This document shows positions 9,803-19,376 of a stretch of DNA of 64,000 nucleotides, one piece after another. The notes beneath the pieces are model-generated. The model had not been told where the DNA came from, searched no databases, and was given only the letters and a program-made list of their open reading frames with translations. The DNA is from Candidatus Pacearchaeota archaeon (lineage in GTDB: Archaea; Nanobdellota; Nanobdellia; Pacearchaeales; GW2011-AR1), in NCBI GenBank assembly GCA_018303825.1, contig JAGVXK010000021.1, positions 32,001 to 96,000 on the forward strand, written 5' to 3'. Position numbers and translations under genes: made by a program. Position 1 is the first letter of the stretch. Each line of letters begins with the position of its first letter.

Positions 9803-10537
9803 TTAAAGCCCACTTGAATCAAGGCTTTCTGCTTGTTCTTTTGTCAGATGAAGACCGCATTCTTTGTTCTGCTCCCTGCCTTTAAAAATATCAAAATAAT
9901 GTCTATTAATTGGAAGATTATTTCTTCTAACATAATCAAGAACTTCATTTTCAGTCCAGTAAAATATGGGATGGATTTTGTAGATGCCATCTTCCCTTCT
10001 GGAAAGAATATTGTTTTCTTTCCTTTTCCCAGTCTCCCAGCTCATAATTCCGGAAAACCAGGCTAGGACATTCAATTCCTTTAATGCCCTCTCAAGAGGT
10101 TCAATCTTATAATCATATTTATATTCTTTAGCCAATCTCTTTAATTCCAAATTATCTTCGTTATTTATTGCACTATCAATATCAGCTATTGGTCTTCTTG
10201 GAGCAAGAGAATCAAATTGGTGGAAATTCAAATGGTACCTCCTTCTCAAAGATAAAACAAATTCAGCATTTCCATTTGAAAATTCATCAATATATGGATG
10301 TTTGACATAAATAACTGAAATATCTGGCATAACTCTTGTTACGATATTTATCATGACTGCTGAGTATTTTCCAAAGCTGGATGTCATTACCAATCCTGTT
10401 GGAAATCTTCCGTTTGCCCATTTTACAATATAATCTGCATTCATATCCCTCAAAAACCCATTTTTCTTATCGATATCAACTAAATTCATCAAATATGCTG
10501 TGGAAAAGCGTTTATAAACTCTGTTTACTACTTGCAT
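9803..10537 (-). CDS. PAPS reductase (CysH) family protein
   Basis: TSSFG P-loop-like motif, K-I-E-P-L, KIHPIFYWT, C-terminal KECGLH; no CC/CxxC Fe-S ligands. Confidence 0.8.
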   Translation of the reverse strand: MQVVNRVYKRFSTAYLMNLVDIDKKNGFLRDMNADYIVKWANGRFPTGLVMTSSFGKYSAVMINIVTRVMPDISVIYVKHPYIDEFSNGNAEFVLSLRRRYHLNFHQFDSLAPRRPIADIDSAINNEDNLELKRLAKEYKYDYKIEPLERALKELNVLAWFSGIMSWETGKRKENNILSRREDGIYKIHPIFYWTENEVLDYVRRNNLPINRHYFDIFKGREQNKECGLHLTKEQAESLDSSGL

Positions 10538-10552
10538 AGATAGTATTTATGA

Positions 10553-10795
10553 CTAATTCAACTCTGCAAAAAAGAAATTTCTTACTCTTCTCATAGGAGT
10601 CGATTCTACGGTTGCAAGAACATCATCTATATAATTTAAACTTGCGGTTCCGGCATGAACGCCTTTTAACATACTAGAAACACCTTCTTTCAGGCAAAAA
10701 AAGTAATCATCCTTTATCCTTCCAGCATCCACTTCCGGATGCCTGTCTCTGAGCTGAATTATCTTCCCTGCATGATAAGATTTGAGCAATACCAT
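10553..10795 (-). CDS. Hypothetical protein
   Basis: 80-aa co-oriented ORF, no motif. Confidence 0.5.
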   Translation of the reverse strand: MVLLKSYHAGKIIQLRDRHPEVDAGRIKDDYFFCLKEGVSSMLKGVHAGTASLNYIDDVLATVESTPMRRVRNFFFAELN

Positions 10796-10904
10796 ACAAG
10801 AGCCCAGAATCGATGGCTTAAATACCTAACCATGAAGAGCAGAGAAAAATTATAAAAATAAAAAAGGAAAAAAGATGGATCGAAAATTGAAAAAATACGA
10901 TTAT

Positions 10905-11027
10905 TTATTTCTTCTTCTTTCTTCCGCCTCTTGCCATTCTAGCCTCGCATACATTTCCTTTACCATCTACATAGTAAAGATAACCTGGCTTTCTTTTGAC
11001 GACGTTCTTAACCAATATTGTTCCCAT
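10905..11027 (-). CDS. 40-aa basic protein missed by the ORF track
   Basis: MGTILVKNVVKRKPGYLYYVDGKGNVCEARMARGGRKKKK, translated by hand; strong SD AGGAGGT just upstream (11034-11040). Confidence 0.8.
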   Translation of the reverse strand: MGTILVKNVVKRKPGYLYYVDGKGNVCEARMARGGRKKKK

Positions 11028-11147
11028 TTTTTAACCTCCTTTTGCTTTATATATCAAACGTATTATGTAAATACTATTCGTATTTAAACCTTTTTATTCT
11101 TCCGACGATAAAATGTCTTCTCTAAATAATGGCACTCAATTTTTAGA

Positions 11148-11477
11148 TTATTTTAATAAATTATTTATTAATTCCCTGTTTTTTTTGTTAATAGGAATTT
11201 CAATTAGTTTCCTAAACTTTATTTTGGGTGCAACTGATGGAGAAAATGGCTTGACAATTTTCTCTTCAATTACTTTATTTTCCGCATCAAGCCAAACTGC
11301 AAGAAAAGAAAAAAATACAAAATAAGAATGAATAAACATCATAGTATCCCTTGGAAATTCAAACAGCAGATTATCCGAATTCCTTGATTTAAACATTAAA
11401 CCGGTGAACTTGCCAAAATTAGACAATCTTCTGGCGCTTACTTTGATTTTACCCCTTCTTTTAATATTGATTATCAT
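11148..11477 (-). CDS. DUF192 family protein
   Basis: GLMF...LLFEF...IHSYFVFFSFLAVWLD...LIEIP pattern typical of DUF192. Confidence 0.8.
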   Translation of the reverse strand: MIINIKRRGKIKVSARRLSNFGKFTGLMFKSRNSDNLLFEFPRDTMMFIHSYFVFFSFLAVWLDAENKVIEEKIVKPFSPSVAPKIKFRKLIEIPINKKNRELINNLLK

Positions 11478-11525
11478 CTTTTCATTTATGAACCTTGCTT
11501 TTCTTATACTTTCTAAATATAATTA

Positions 11526-14500
11526 TCACTTCGAATGAGGTTTATCATGGCTATGAGATTCATGATAGACATGATGCCTCTTTAATTCATGATAATATCT
11601 CATTATTTCATGGTATATTTTATGCTTCTTTTTTTCTTCAAGGGTTTCATAAATCTCCTTTATTTTATGATAAATCAACCTGGCAAGATGCAAATTCTTT
11701 TCTTTAATCGCTTTTTCTCCTTTCTTGATTAGTCTTCTTATCTGCTCCAATTTATCCTTTCTCCTCTTCCACAACCAGAACAATATTAAGTCTAAGATTA
11801 TCAAAAATATGATTAACCACCATAATATTTTGTTGGCAAAAGATATCGTTTCGTTATTAGTACATTGTCTGCAGCTTCCACCGCAATCTATTCCAGTTTC
11901 ATCCCCGTCTAGAATACCATTGTAACAAGATGGACAATAACCCTCTCCTTGCACAAATTGTATGTTTAATCTTCCTGATTTCTTCCACTCTTCAATATTT
12001 ATATTAGTTACCGGAAGTCCGCTCAATCTGTCTATTGCTATCAAGGTTATCTTTCCGCAGACTTCTCTCTGGACAAAATCAATCTTCTGAGTTGACCCGC
12101 AAAGCATAGTATCTGTATAATTAGCTATGCAATTATTTTTATCATAGCATATCCTTTCATTCTGCCCTGATTTCCTTATCTCTCCATTAAATATGTCCTC
12201 TACTAAATTTTCACTAACACAACCGCTCCAGATTCCGCAAACTATCTCTGATGTGCAGTTCAAATTGCAAGATTGGCTCTCTGTTTTTCTCGCATCGCAG
12301 TTATTTCTGCACACTCTTGTCTTATTTCCATTTGTGCATGAAATTGTATCCCATTTGGGACAATTCCATCCTGTTGAAATACATCCTCCACCTCCTCCGC
12401 CTCCACCTCCTCCGCTGCTTACTGGAGCTGCAATTTCAAAGCTGCTGAAAACAGAGTCATTTCTGTTTCCTATTGTGTCATTGCAATATGCCCTTAATGT
12501 ATATGTGTCATTTAAAGCCCCGGTTTTGCTATAATTAAATACCAATCCATTTCCATCAAAACCGCTGGCATTCGCCATTGTCAAATTCGTAAGTCCGCTG
12601 TCTAGGGAGAAGATACAATAACCTCTCTCATTCAGCGTTATATTAACTAGATAACTATTAGTGGCATATACTTCCCCGTTTACAGGACTTCCTATTGATA
12701 CTTGGGGAGGCGTGCCATCAACACTAAACACAATGGATTCTGTTCTGTTCCAGTTTCCAGAAGTATCATTTGCATAAACTCTAAAAGTATAGCTACCATC
12801 TACAATTGAATTATTTGTTGCATTAAATTTCTCTCCAAACAAGACTGATTCGTTTCCAGTCATGCTGATGTTTGTAGCTCCATTATTTAAGCTATATAAA
12901 ACTGAGCCATTTTCATTCAATGTCACATTAAACATTAATCCAGAAGTTACCTCAGCATTATTGTATGTTTTATTCGTTGGATTTATGATTGTAACCAATG
13001 GAGCAATTATATCTGCATTTATTGAAATTGTCCTTGTTTCTGTGCAATTTGCATTTCCAGAAGTATCGGAAGCGCATGCTTGATATGTATAAACACCGTT
13101 ATCCAATCCTGCAGTGCTGTTCTTGCTTTGATTTATATACAAATACCATTGAGTTGAATTGTACTTTTGTAAATTACTCATATACAGTTCACTAATCTCT
13201 CCAGCAGTCAAAGACCTGTTCCATATTCTCAATTCATCTATTGAGCCGTTTAAGCCAAATGAATTATCAAATCCATCCCTAAATAAGTTTAATGCGATTC
13301 CAGAATCGTCCGAAACACTGCCACTTCCAATGTCCTGGGTTGAATAAGCTACTTCATTGCCATTCAAATACAAACGAATTTTGTTGTCAGTATTACTCCA
13401 CATATAAGCTATATGGTTCCAAGTATTATTTGAATAAGTAGTAGTGCTCTGGCTGACAGCCCAACCGCCTAGTGTTGATCTATAAAATCTTGCATATAAA
13501 GTATTATTTGGAGTAAGAAAAATCAGGTAACCGGCGGTGTTGTCTGAATTTCTTTTGACTATAAATGGTCCATTCAAGCTAGAACTCTTAATATATGCCC
13601 AAGCAGATATAGTAATTCCTGTTTTCCCATTAGCATCAATAGCCGAAGAACTAGTTATATTGACGTAATCATTCACCCCATCAAATCGCAATGAGCTTCC
13701 GTACTTTCCAGATACATTATAAATCCCTCCACCGATAATTGTTCCATTATTTGAATATCTGCTTAAATCAACAACTTTAGTATCATTATCTCCCAAACTG
13801 CTTATATTATCAAAATTGTACATCAAGACAAGAGATAAATTATCATATATGTTATAGTTTGTTCCGTTCCAATTAAATGTCAGATTAGCAAGATTCTGCT
13901 CAAAGGTAGAAACGTTAATTGTTATGCTGGTACTTGTAGTTACTGTCCCGTTTGCTGGTGTTGGGGCTGTGAAGTTAATCAATGGGTTTGTTGTATCTGC
14001 ACCGGCATCTAAAACAGAATAATTACTCCAACTGCTAACATTAAATACAATTGTTCCGGCATTCAATGATGTAAAATTCGAGCACGTTGGAACCGTTGTC
14101 TCATCGCATTGACTTATCCCATTAACATAAATCTTTGGATTAACCATTGTTGTCGGTAATCCATAAAGAACAACATTTGCACTTGTATTCAACACTGTAT
14201 TGGTCGAATCAACAAAAGCAGAATTATTTCTTATCGACACATTGCTTCCCAAAATTCCAGAGATAGTTGATATATCTAATGCATTAATCCAACCTATCTG
14301 TCCATTACTGGAATTCATAATTTTCAATTTCATAGTATTAAGATAATTGTTGCTTGTTTCAGTTAAAGCAGTTGAATAATTGAAAAGTAATATTCCGACA
14401 TCGCCAGAAGTTCCTCCAGTTCCCCCGTTAAGATTTACAGTTATATTTGTAACATTAAGCAAGCCATTATTCCAAAGATTTACCATTCCACCTACGCCTC

Positions 14501-17093
14501 CAGTTCCAGATGCTGTCCCTGCTCCCCCGCGAACATCAAATATGGCGCTTGAGATTACATTTCCAGTAACTGTTACATTACCTCCAGCTCCACCAAAGGG
14601 AGCCACAGCAAAACCTAGCACACTACCTCCATTCAAAGTAGCATTTGTAATATTTGTGTTTGTCAATACCACTACTGCCCCCCTCCCGGGAACAGCCTGT
14701 CCCTGCGTTGCTCCACTATAACCTTTTATCAAACTTATAGTCGAATCTGACGCATTTACTTTCCCCCCACTTCCAGAAGGATATGCGGAACCGGCAGCAT
14801 CGTTGGCTCCGCCATAAATGTTTAAAGTCCCCAAAATAGAATTAGTAGACAATATTATTCCTCCTGTTCCTCCCCTATAAATTCCTCCAGTTCCCCCATA
14901 AGCATTTATCGTTGTGATATTTGAAGAGGTTGCATTTATCGTTCCCCCATTTCCTCCGCTACCAAGCACACCAAAATTACCACCATAACTATCTATTCTG
15001 TCTATCGTGGAATTAACTACAACCAAGTCCCCTCCATTATACCCCCAATTGTTAATATCAGTCGCCCCAAAATTGGCAATATCGATACTAAAGTTGTTTA
15101 TTATGCAATTTCTCAAAGTCAAACCATACCACCCATCACCTGTAAGATTTCTAGCACTAATACCATTTCCTGCTCCCTTTCCAATAATTGAAAATCCAGA
15201 ACAGTTAATATTGACATTATTAGTAGTGACATTAATGCATGTCCCCGTAGAAGATAAAGACTGGTTAAGACTATAATTTCCAGCACTTAAGATGTCTCCG
15301 CACTGCCAGATGATATTGCTTACATTTGCCTCAGGGTCAACAACATAGTCATATTCAACATCCCCAATTGAAAGCAAGTCAAAAGTATCCTGGCTATTAG
15401 TCAAATTCGTCAAAAATATTTGATATTTCCCATCTTCATTAACATTCTCGAATCTTGCTATTTCTTCAAGCCCATCTTTCTCATAAACTCCTATACTTGC
15501 ATTAGTCGCCTTAGCATAAATGGTGATATCTTTCTCATTGGTTAAATTCTGCTCAAAAGTTACCCTAATATAATGTCCGTTTGGAATTAAAGAATAAACA
15601 CTATCTCTGGTTTGAACAAGAGAATAAACATCCTCTATGTAAGTTCTATTTTCATCAAGATGCTCTGCTTTTGTTATTAAGATAATTTCAAAAGTCTGAT
15701 TGCTTAAATGAGGAGTTATCCACTCTATATAATCAAGCTTTCCATTTTCGTTATTATCATAAGCATCAAATTCAACAAGGGACGCATTTTCCTTCCAATA
15801 AACCCTTATTTTATCCTCTTGCCCAACATTGTAAAGCTCGGGAATCTCAGTATAACTCAAGATGTCAGTATAGTTCAAATCATCCGGACCGCTTATAACA
15901 ACCACCTTTCCGTTGCTTGTTTCTGTTTCAATCGCGGTAGGGGCAGGAGTCTCGTATTCAATGACATATTCGGTTGCATTATCCTGTAAAATAACGTCAA
16001 TGCCATCTGCAATAGGTTCATCTATAACCCTTCCAGTAAATACCCCAAACATTTTCTTAAACCATCTTTTCAATAAAGGCTCTCTTTTTAATTCAATATC
16101 CAAAGCAACATTTCCAGTTATAATTGAATTAGCTTCCTTTTCGACATCATTCCCATCAACCTGCTCTATTTTCTTTACTTCTATAACTGTGGCTTCCTTA
16201 GGCAGCTCAACTATTGCCTCTCCTGGAGAATCAAGAGAAACATTCTTTGTCCACTTGACCGGCTGACCAAGCCTGATTGCTCCGCGAGAAAGCTTAACAT
16301 CAATTATTGTTGCGTTTGTATCATTAAGAATAGTTTGATTAATTAGCGTTTCATTTAAGAGGGTAGTATTTATAGCGGTGATATTGGTTAAAGTTTCATT
16401 ATTAGGAGTCAAATTACCAGTAAAATTAGCAGAAATTACATTAATTATTGTTTCATTTCCAAGTTCAGAGACATTTTCATCGCCCAAACTATCATTCATT
16501 GATGTTTCATTTATGGTTGTTCCACTAATTGTATCATTTACGACCACACCAATTACAGTTTCATTGTTTGTTGTCTCATTTGCGGGAGTTTCAGAAACAG
16601 TTTCATTATTAACTAGCTCATTTATCACTTCTGAAATGTTTTCGGGAGGTGTTTCTAAAAATATTTCTGAGGGAATTGGATTAGTTTCAACAGGTATTTC
16701 GGGAGGTGTTTCCTGGTCCTGTCCAGAAGAGCCATCAGTCACGCTAGTTGTTTCTACAGGAGTTTGAGTGCCATCTAGATTATTGCCGATTGCATTGCCG
16801 AGAGTCTCACCAGCATTTTCCAAGGCCTGCCCTATATCCTGACCCTGTTCTTCTATCGTTTTTCCAGTAATAGACAGGTATCCAAGGTCTAAAACAATTA
16901 TTCCAAGCAAAAAAACAAGAAAAATCTGTAGAACAACCAGCCATTTTCTGTTATTTCTGCTGGTTCCAGGCAATGAAGTTCCAAGATATCTCTTCTGAAC
17001 CCTTCCCTCTGCATCTCTATAAGACTCATAATAATAAGGACCCATCAATTTACCATTCTTTTTTACATACTTCTTATAAACCATGTGGAACAA
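11526..17093 (-). CDS. Giant cell-surface protein (N-terminal TM, acidic N-glycosylation-rich region, Gly-rich beta-helix-like region, LamG domain, Ig-like repeats, Cys-rich region, C-terminal TM)
   Basis: 1855 aa; many NxS/T sequons; LamG motifs LRFDGVNDYV, WNHIA, NGSIDELRIWNRSL; poly-Gly linker; DETGIDCGGSC; start may be the second Met (MVYKK). Confidence 0.85.
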   Translation of the reverse strand: MFHMVYKKYVKKNGKLMGPYYYESYRDAEGRVQKRYLGTSLPGTSRNNRKWLVVLQIFLVFLLGIIVLDLGYLSITGKTIEEQGQDIGQALENAGETLGNAIGNNLDGTQTPVETTSVTDGSSGQDQETPPEIPVETNPIPSEIFLETPPENISEVINELVNNETVSETPANETTNNETVIGVVVNDTISGTTINETSMNDSLGDENVSELGNETIINVISANFTGNLTPNNETLTNITAINTTLLNETLINQTILNDTNATIIDVKLSRGAIRLGQPVKWTKNVSLDSPGEAIVELPKEATVIEVKKIEQVDGNDVEKEANSIITGNVALDIELKREPLLKRWFKKMFGVFTGRVIDEPIADGIDVILQDNATEYVIEYETPAPTAIETETSNGKVVVISGPDDLNYTDILSYTEIPELYNVGQEDKIRVYWKENASLVEFDAYDNNENGKLDYIEWITPHLSNQTFEIILITKAEHLDENRTYIEDVYSLVQTRDSVYSLIPNGHYIRVTFEQNLTNEKDITIYAKATNASIGVYEKDGLEEIARFENVNEDGKYQIFLTNLTNSQDTFDLLSIGDVEYDYVVDPEANVSNIIWQCGDILSAGNYSLNQSLSSTGTCINVTTNNVNINCSGFSIIGKGAGNGISARNLTGDGWYGLTLRNCIINNFSIDIANFGATDINNWGYNGGDLVVVNSTIDRIDSYGGNFGVLGSGGNGGTINATSSNITTINAYGGTGGIYRGGTGGIILSTNSILGTLNIYGGANDAAGSAYPSGSGGKVNASDSTISLIKGYSGATQGQAVPGRGAVVVLTNTNITNATLNGGSVLGFAVAPFGGAGGNVTVTGNVISSAIFDVRGGAGTASGTGGVGGMVNLWNNGLLNVTNITVNLNGGTGGTSGDVGILLFNYSTALTETSNNYLNTMKLKIMNSSNGQIGWINALDISTISGILGSNVSIRNNSAFVDSTNTVLNTSANVVLYGLPTTMVNPKIYVNGISQCDETTVPTCSNFTSLNAGTIVFNVSSWSNYSVLDAGADTTNPLINFTAPTPANGTVTTSTSITINVSTFEQNLANLTFNWNGTNYNIYDNLSLVLMYNFDNISSLGDNDTKVVDLSRYSNNGTIIGGGIYNVSGKYGSSLRFDGVNDYVNITSSSAIDANGKTGITISAWAYIKSSSLNGPFIVKRNSDNTAGYLIFLTPNNTLYARFYRSTLGGWAVSQSTTTYSNNTWNHIAYMWSNTDNKIRLYLNGNEVAYSTQDIGSGSVSDDSGIALNLFRDGFDNSFGLNGSIDELRIWNRSLTAGEISELYMSNLQKYNSTQWYLYINQSKNSTAGLDNGVYTYQACASDTSGNANCTETRTISINADIIAPLVTIINPTNKTYNNAEVTSGLMFNVTLNENGSVLYSLNNGATNISMTGNESVLFGEKFNATNNSIVDGSYTFRVYANDTSGNWNRTESIVFSVDGTPPQVSIGSPVNGEVYATNSYLVNITLNERGYCIFSLDSGLTNLTMANASGFDGNGLVFNYSKTGALNDTYTLRAYCNDTIGNRNDSVFSSFEIAAPVSSGGGGGGGGGGCISTGWNCPKWDTISCTNGNKTRVCRNNCDARKTESQSCNLNCTSEIVCGIWSGCVSENLVEDIFNGEIRKSGQNERICYDKNNCIANYTDTMLCGSTQKIDFVQREVCGKITLIAIDRLSGLPVTNINIEEWKKSGRLNIQFVQGEGYCPSCYNGILDGDETGIDCGGSCRQCTNNETISFANKILWWLIIFLIILDLILFWLWKRRKDKLEQIRRLIKKGEKAIKEKNLHLARLIYHKIKEIYETLEEKKKHKIYHEIMRYYHELKRHHVYHESHSHDKPHSK

Positions 17094-17169
17094 CTCTTTT
17101 TTATTGATAATCAGTACAAAAAGAGATATTTAAAAGTTGCTAAGTTGATGTTTGGGGGGTTGTTCTACA

Positions 17170-17616
17170 TTATTTCCAGAAGAAATAACTTTTTTTCTTC
17201 TCTATTCTATCCTCAAAATCAGCCAGATTTGCCTGCTTTGCTTCCTTCTTTTCCTTCAGATTAACGAATTTTTCATACATTACTTCTATATTTTTCTCGC
17301 ACACAAAGTCATGCTGCCTAAATCCCCCGCCAAATGTCCTTGGAACATGCATTAACTCATGAATTATAACCTTGTCCTGCTCATTCTTATCCAATCTATC
17401 AAATTTTTCAAGAAATTCAATGGCATAAAATGCCTTTGTTTTCATTGCCTTCTGCATTAACTTTCCAAGAGTATGACATCTTGCTATTGTCCTTCTTGTA
17501 GAAGAGCCAAAACTCCTTATGCATTCTATTCTATTGATATCTATATGACCCATATTTAGCATGGTTATTATCTCATTCATTCTCTCTTTCAAATCTGGCG
17601 CATCTTCGTATTTCAT
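17170..17616 (-). CDS. Predicted zinc metallopeptidase
   Basis: HELMH (HExxH) in VIIHELMHVP...GGGFRQH. Confidence 0.75.
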   Translation of the reverse strand: MKYEDAPDLKERMNEIITMLNMGHIDINRIECIRSFGSSTRRTIARCHTLGKLMQKAMKTKAFYAIEFLEKFDRLDKNEQDKVIIHELMHVPRTFGGGFRQHDFVCEKNIEVMYEKFVNLKEKKEAKQANLADFEDRIEKKKSYFFWK

Positions 17617-17659
17617 TTTATGAACCTCAACTTTCCATGAGCTTTTTTAAAGGTCATCT

Positions 17660-18937
17660 TCATATTTCGCAATGATCTCCTAAATTATATAATCCAGAAA
17701 TCTCAGCTACAGTCAAGCTCCTACTCCATATCTTTACCTCATCTATAACTCCATCAAAATAATGACCTTCTTCGTTTACCTGGGCCGCATAATATCTCCC
17801 GATAATAAATTCCTGGCCACTCGCAGTATTTATGTTAACATTTCCATTTGAAGGAGAGCCGCCATTCACAGCATTGACATAAACATCAAAATCAGTCAAT
17901 CCTATGCCCTTCCTTGTTATGACAACATGATTCCAGGCATTTATAGTCATTTTCCCCAATCCAGAAGTTGCCAATTCAGAACCAGCACAATCAACGCTTA
18001 AATCTATTCGTCCAGTATCGTGAGTATAAACAGACCATCCATTTTCACAAACCCAGCTGCCATATCTTGAACCAGAGATGATTCCATTATATCCTGAAAA
18101 ACTAGTAGGGTAAGCCCAAAAACTAATTGTAAAGTTGTTCTTAGCAAAATCAAACTCATTGCTATCAATTATTGAAACATAATCATTAATTCCATCAAAT
18201 CTCAATGCTGAACCAGTACCAACCTGGCAAGTTTCATAACCTATCCCTCCCTGTAAAGCCCCATCATTATTTCCAACCTGATCAAATGCATTATCATCAA
18301 AATTCCAATAGGAAATAAATGAATTCTTATATTCACAATAACTAGTTGTTGACCCTGGATTAATGCAACTGTCTTGCGTGTTGAGATTGCCATCCGTGCA
18401 ATTAGAATCAACTGTGCAAATTATACTTGGTGGAATAGGTGGGCTGGGCGGACTAATGGTCCCCTCATCTCCTCTTACTGTATAAATATATTCATTCTTT
18501 CCTTGCAATTCAAGCCCATCTTTATTATACACAAATGGAACAACACTTACTCTTCTAAGCAATCCAAGACCCGAACTAGAATAATCTATATTCTTTATTG
18601 TAGTTTGCAATTCATTAAGTGATTCGTTATATCTAAATGGCACTTTCTTCCCATTTATATCTTCTAGAACTATAACAAAGGCAGCCATATTTCCTGCTCC
18701 TTGTTCTCTCTTTATAGCTAGTGTTAAATTTCCCTGTGTTTCATTTAACCTAACAGATTCTCTTGGTATTGTCAATGAAGTTGTAAATATACTTGAATCT
18801 ATCTGGCTTCCTGCCTTGTATAATGTATTTCTAAGAAAAGCCCATATCAATATAATTGCGGCCAATACAATCAATATAATTAAGATAACTGTAATTATAT
18901 CGCTCAAACCTTTTCTAGCAACACCTCTTTTAGCCAT
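17660..18937 (-). CDS. Type IV pilin-like protein with Cys-rich linker and LamG domain
   Basis: Class III signal peptide RKG/LSDIITVILIILIVLAAIILIW; LamG motifs FDGINDYV, WNHVV, FDGVIDEVKIW; start moved to MAKRG at 18937. Confidence 0.85.
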   Translation of the reverse strand: MAKRGVARKGLSDIITVILIILIVLAAIILIWAFLRNTLYKAGSQIDSSIFTTSLTIPRESVRLNETQGNLTLAIKREQGAGNMAAFVIVLEDINGKKVPFRYNESLNELQTTIKNIDYSSSGLGLLRRVSVVPFVYNKDGLELQGKNEYIYTVRGDEGTISPPSPPIPPSIICTVDSNCTDGNLNTQDSCINPGSTTSYCEYKNSFISYWNFDDNAFDQVGNNDGALQGGIGYETCQVGTGSALRFDGINDYVSIIDSNEFDFAKNNFTISFWAYPTSFSGYNGIISGSRYGSWVCENGWSVYTHDTGRIDLSVDCAGSELATSGLGKMTINAWNHVVITRKGIGLTDFDVYVNAVNGGSPSNGNVNINTASGQEFIIGRYYAAQVNEEGHYFDGVIDEVKIWSRSLTVAEISGLYNLGDHCEI

Positions 18938-18971
18938 TAAGAATAAAGAATAAATAGGTTTAAAATACTTT

Positions 18972-19187
18972 TTATAAAACTTCAAACACCCAATCTTTGT
19001 TCATATCTTGCCCAGCATATTCTATTTTGCCAGGTGAGGCTCCTATTTTTCTGGAAAGCATATGTATAATCACATTTGCAGAATCATCATCTTGCTCAAA
19101 AGGAAGGTAAAGAAGATACTTATTACCTCCAAAATTCTCAAAATATTCTTTTGATGTATTGAACTTGACTTTTACAACTACTTTCAT
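18972..19187 (-). CDS. Small DUF167/YggU-like protein, copy 2
   Basis: 71 aa, near-identical to 20896-21111; VKVK...N..II..LS pattern recalls DUF167. Confidence 0.65.
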   Translation of the reverse strand: MKVVVKVKFNTSKEYFENFGGNKYLLYLPFEQDDDSANVIIHMLSRKIGASPGKIEYAGQDMNKDWVFEVL

Positions 19188-19194
19188 CTTTTAG

Positions 19195-19314
19195 TTATCT
19201 CCCACATGATTTAAACCATCTTATAATATTTGGTTCCTTATTTAATTCTATGCCCAAACTTACATTCCCAGTCATTTTCTTCGCAACATAACATATTAAA
19301 ATCAAAAAGACAAT
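19195..19314 (-). pseudogene. Truncated paralog of the 21123-21371 small membrane protein
   Basis: Reads IVFLILICYVAKKMTGNVSLGIELNKEPNIIRWFKSCGR-stop; no open start upstream (in-frame TAG inside the adjacent hairpin). Confidence 0.7.
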
Positions 19315-19336
19315 GTGGTCTTCGTCTTTTGGATGT

Positions 19337-19368
19337 TCAAGATACTACTCTGCATTCAAGTATCTTGA
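19337..19368. terminator. Perfect 10-bp inverted repeat just after the pilin stop codon
   Basis: TCAAGATACT (19337-19346) / AGTATCTTGA (19359-19368), 12-nt loop, 9 bp downstream of the stop at 19377; terminator role is inferred. Confidence 0.45.
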
Positions 19369-19376
19369 CATAAGGA

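Noticed and set aside
12390-12420. CCT/CCA/CCG tandem repeat as a contingency locus
   Set aside because: It encodes a poly-Gly linker with mixed synonymous codons, not a pure slippage tract
19314-19371. Stop-codon readthrough (TAG) restoring the small paralog, or an alternative genetic code
   Set aside because: The upstream residues do not resemble the intact paralog, the TAG lies in a hairpin, and other genes end normally at TAA/TAG/TGA
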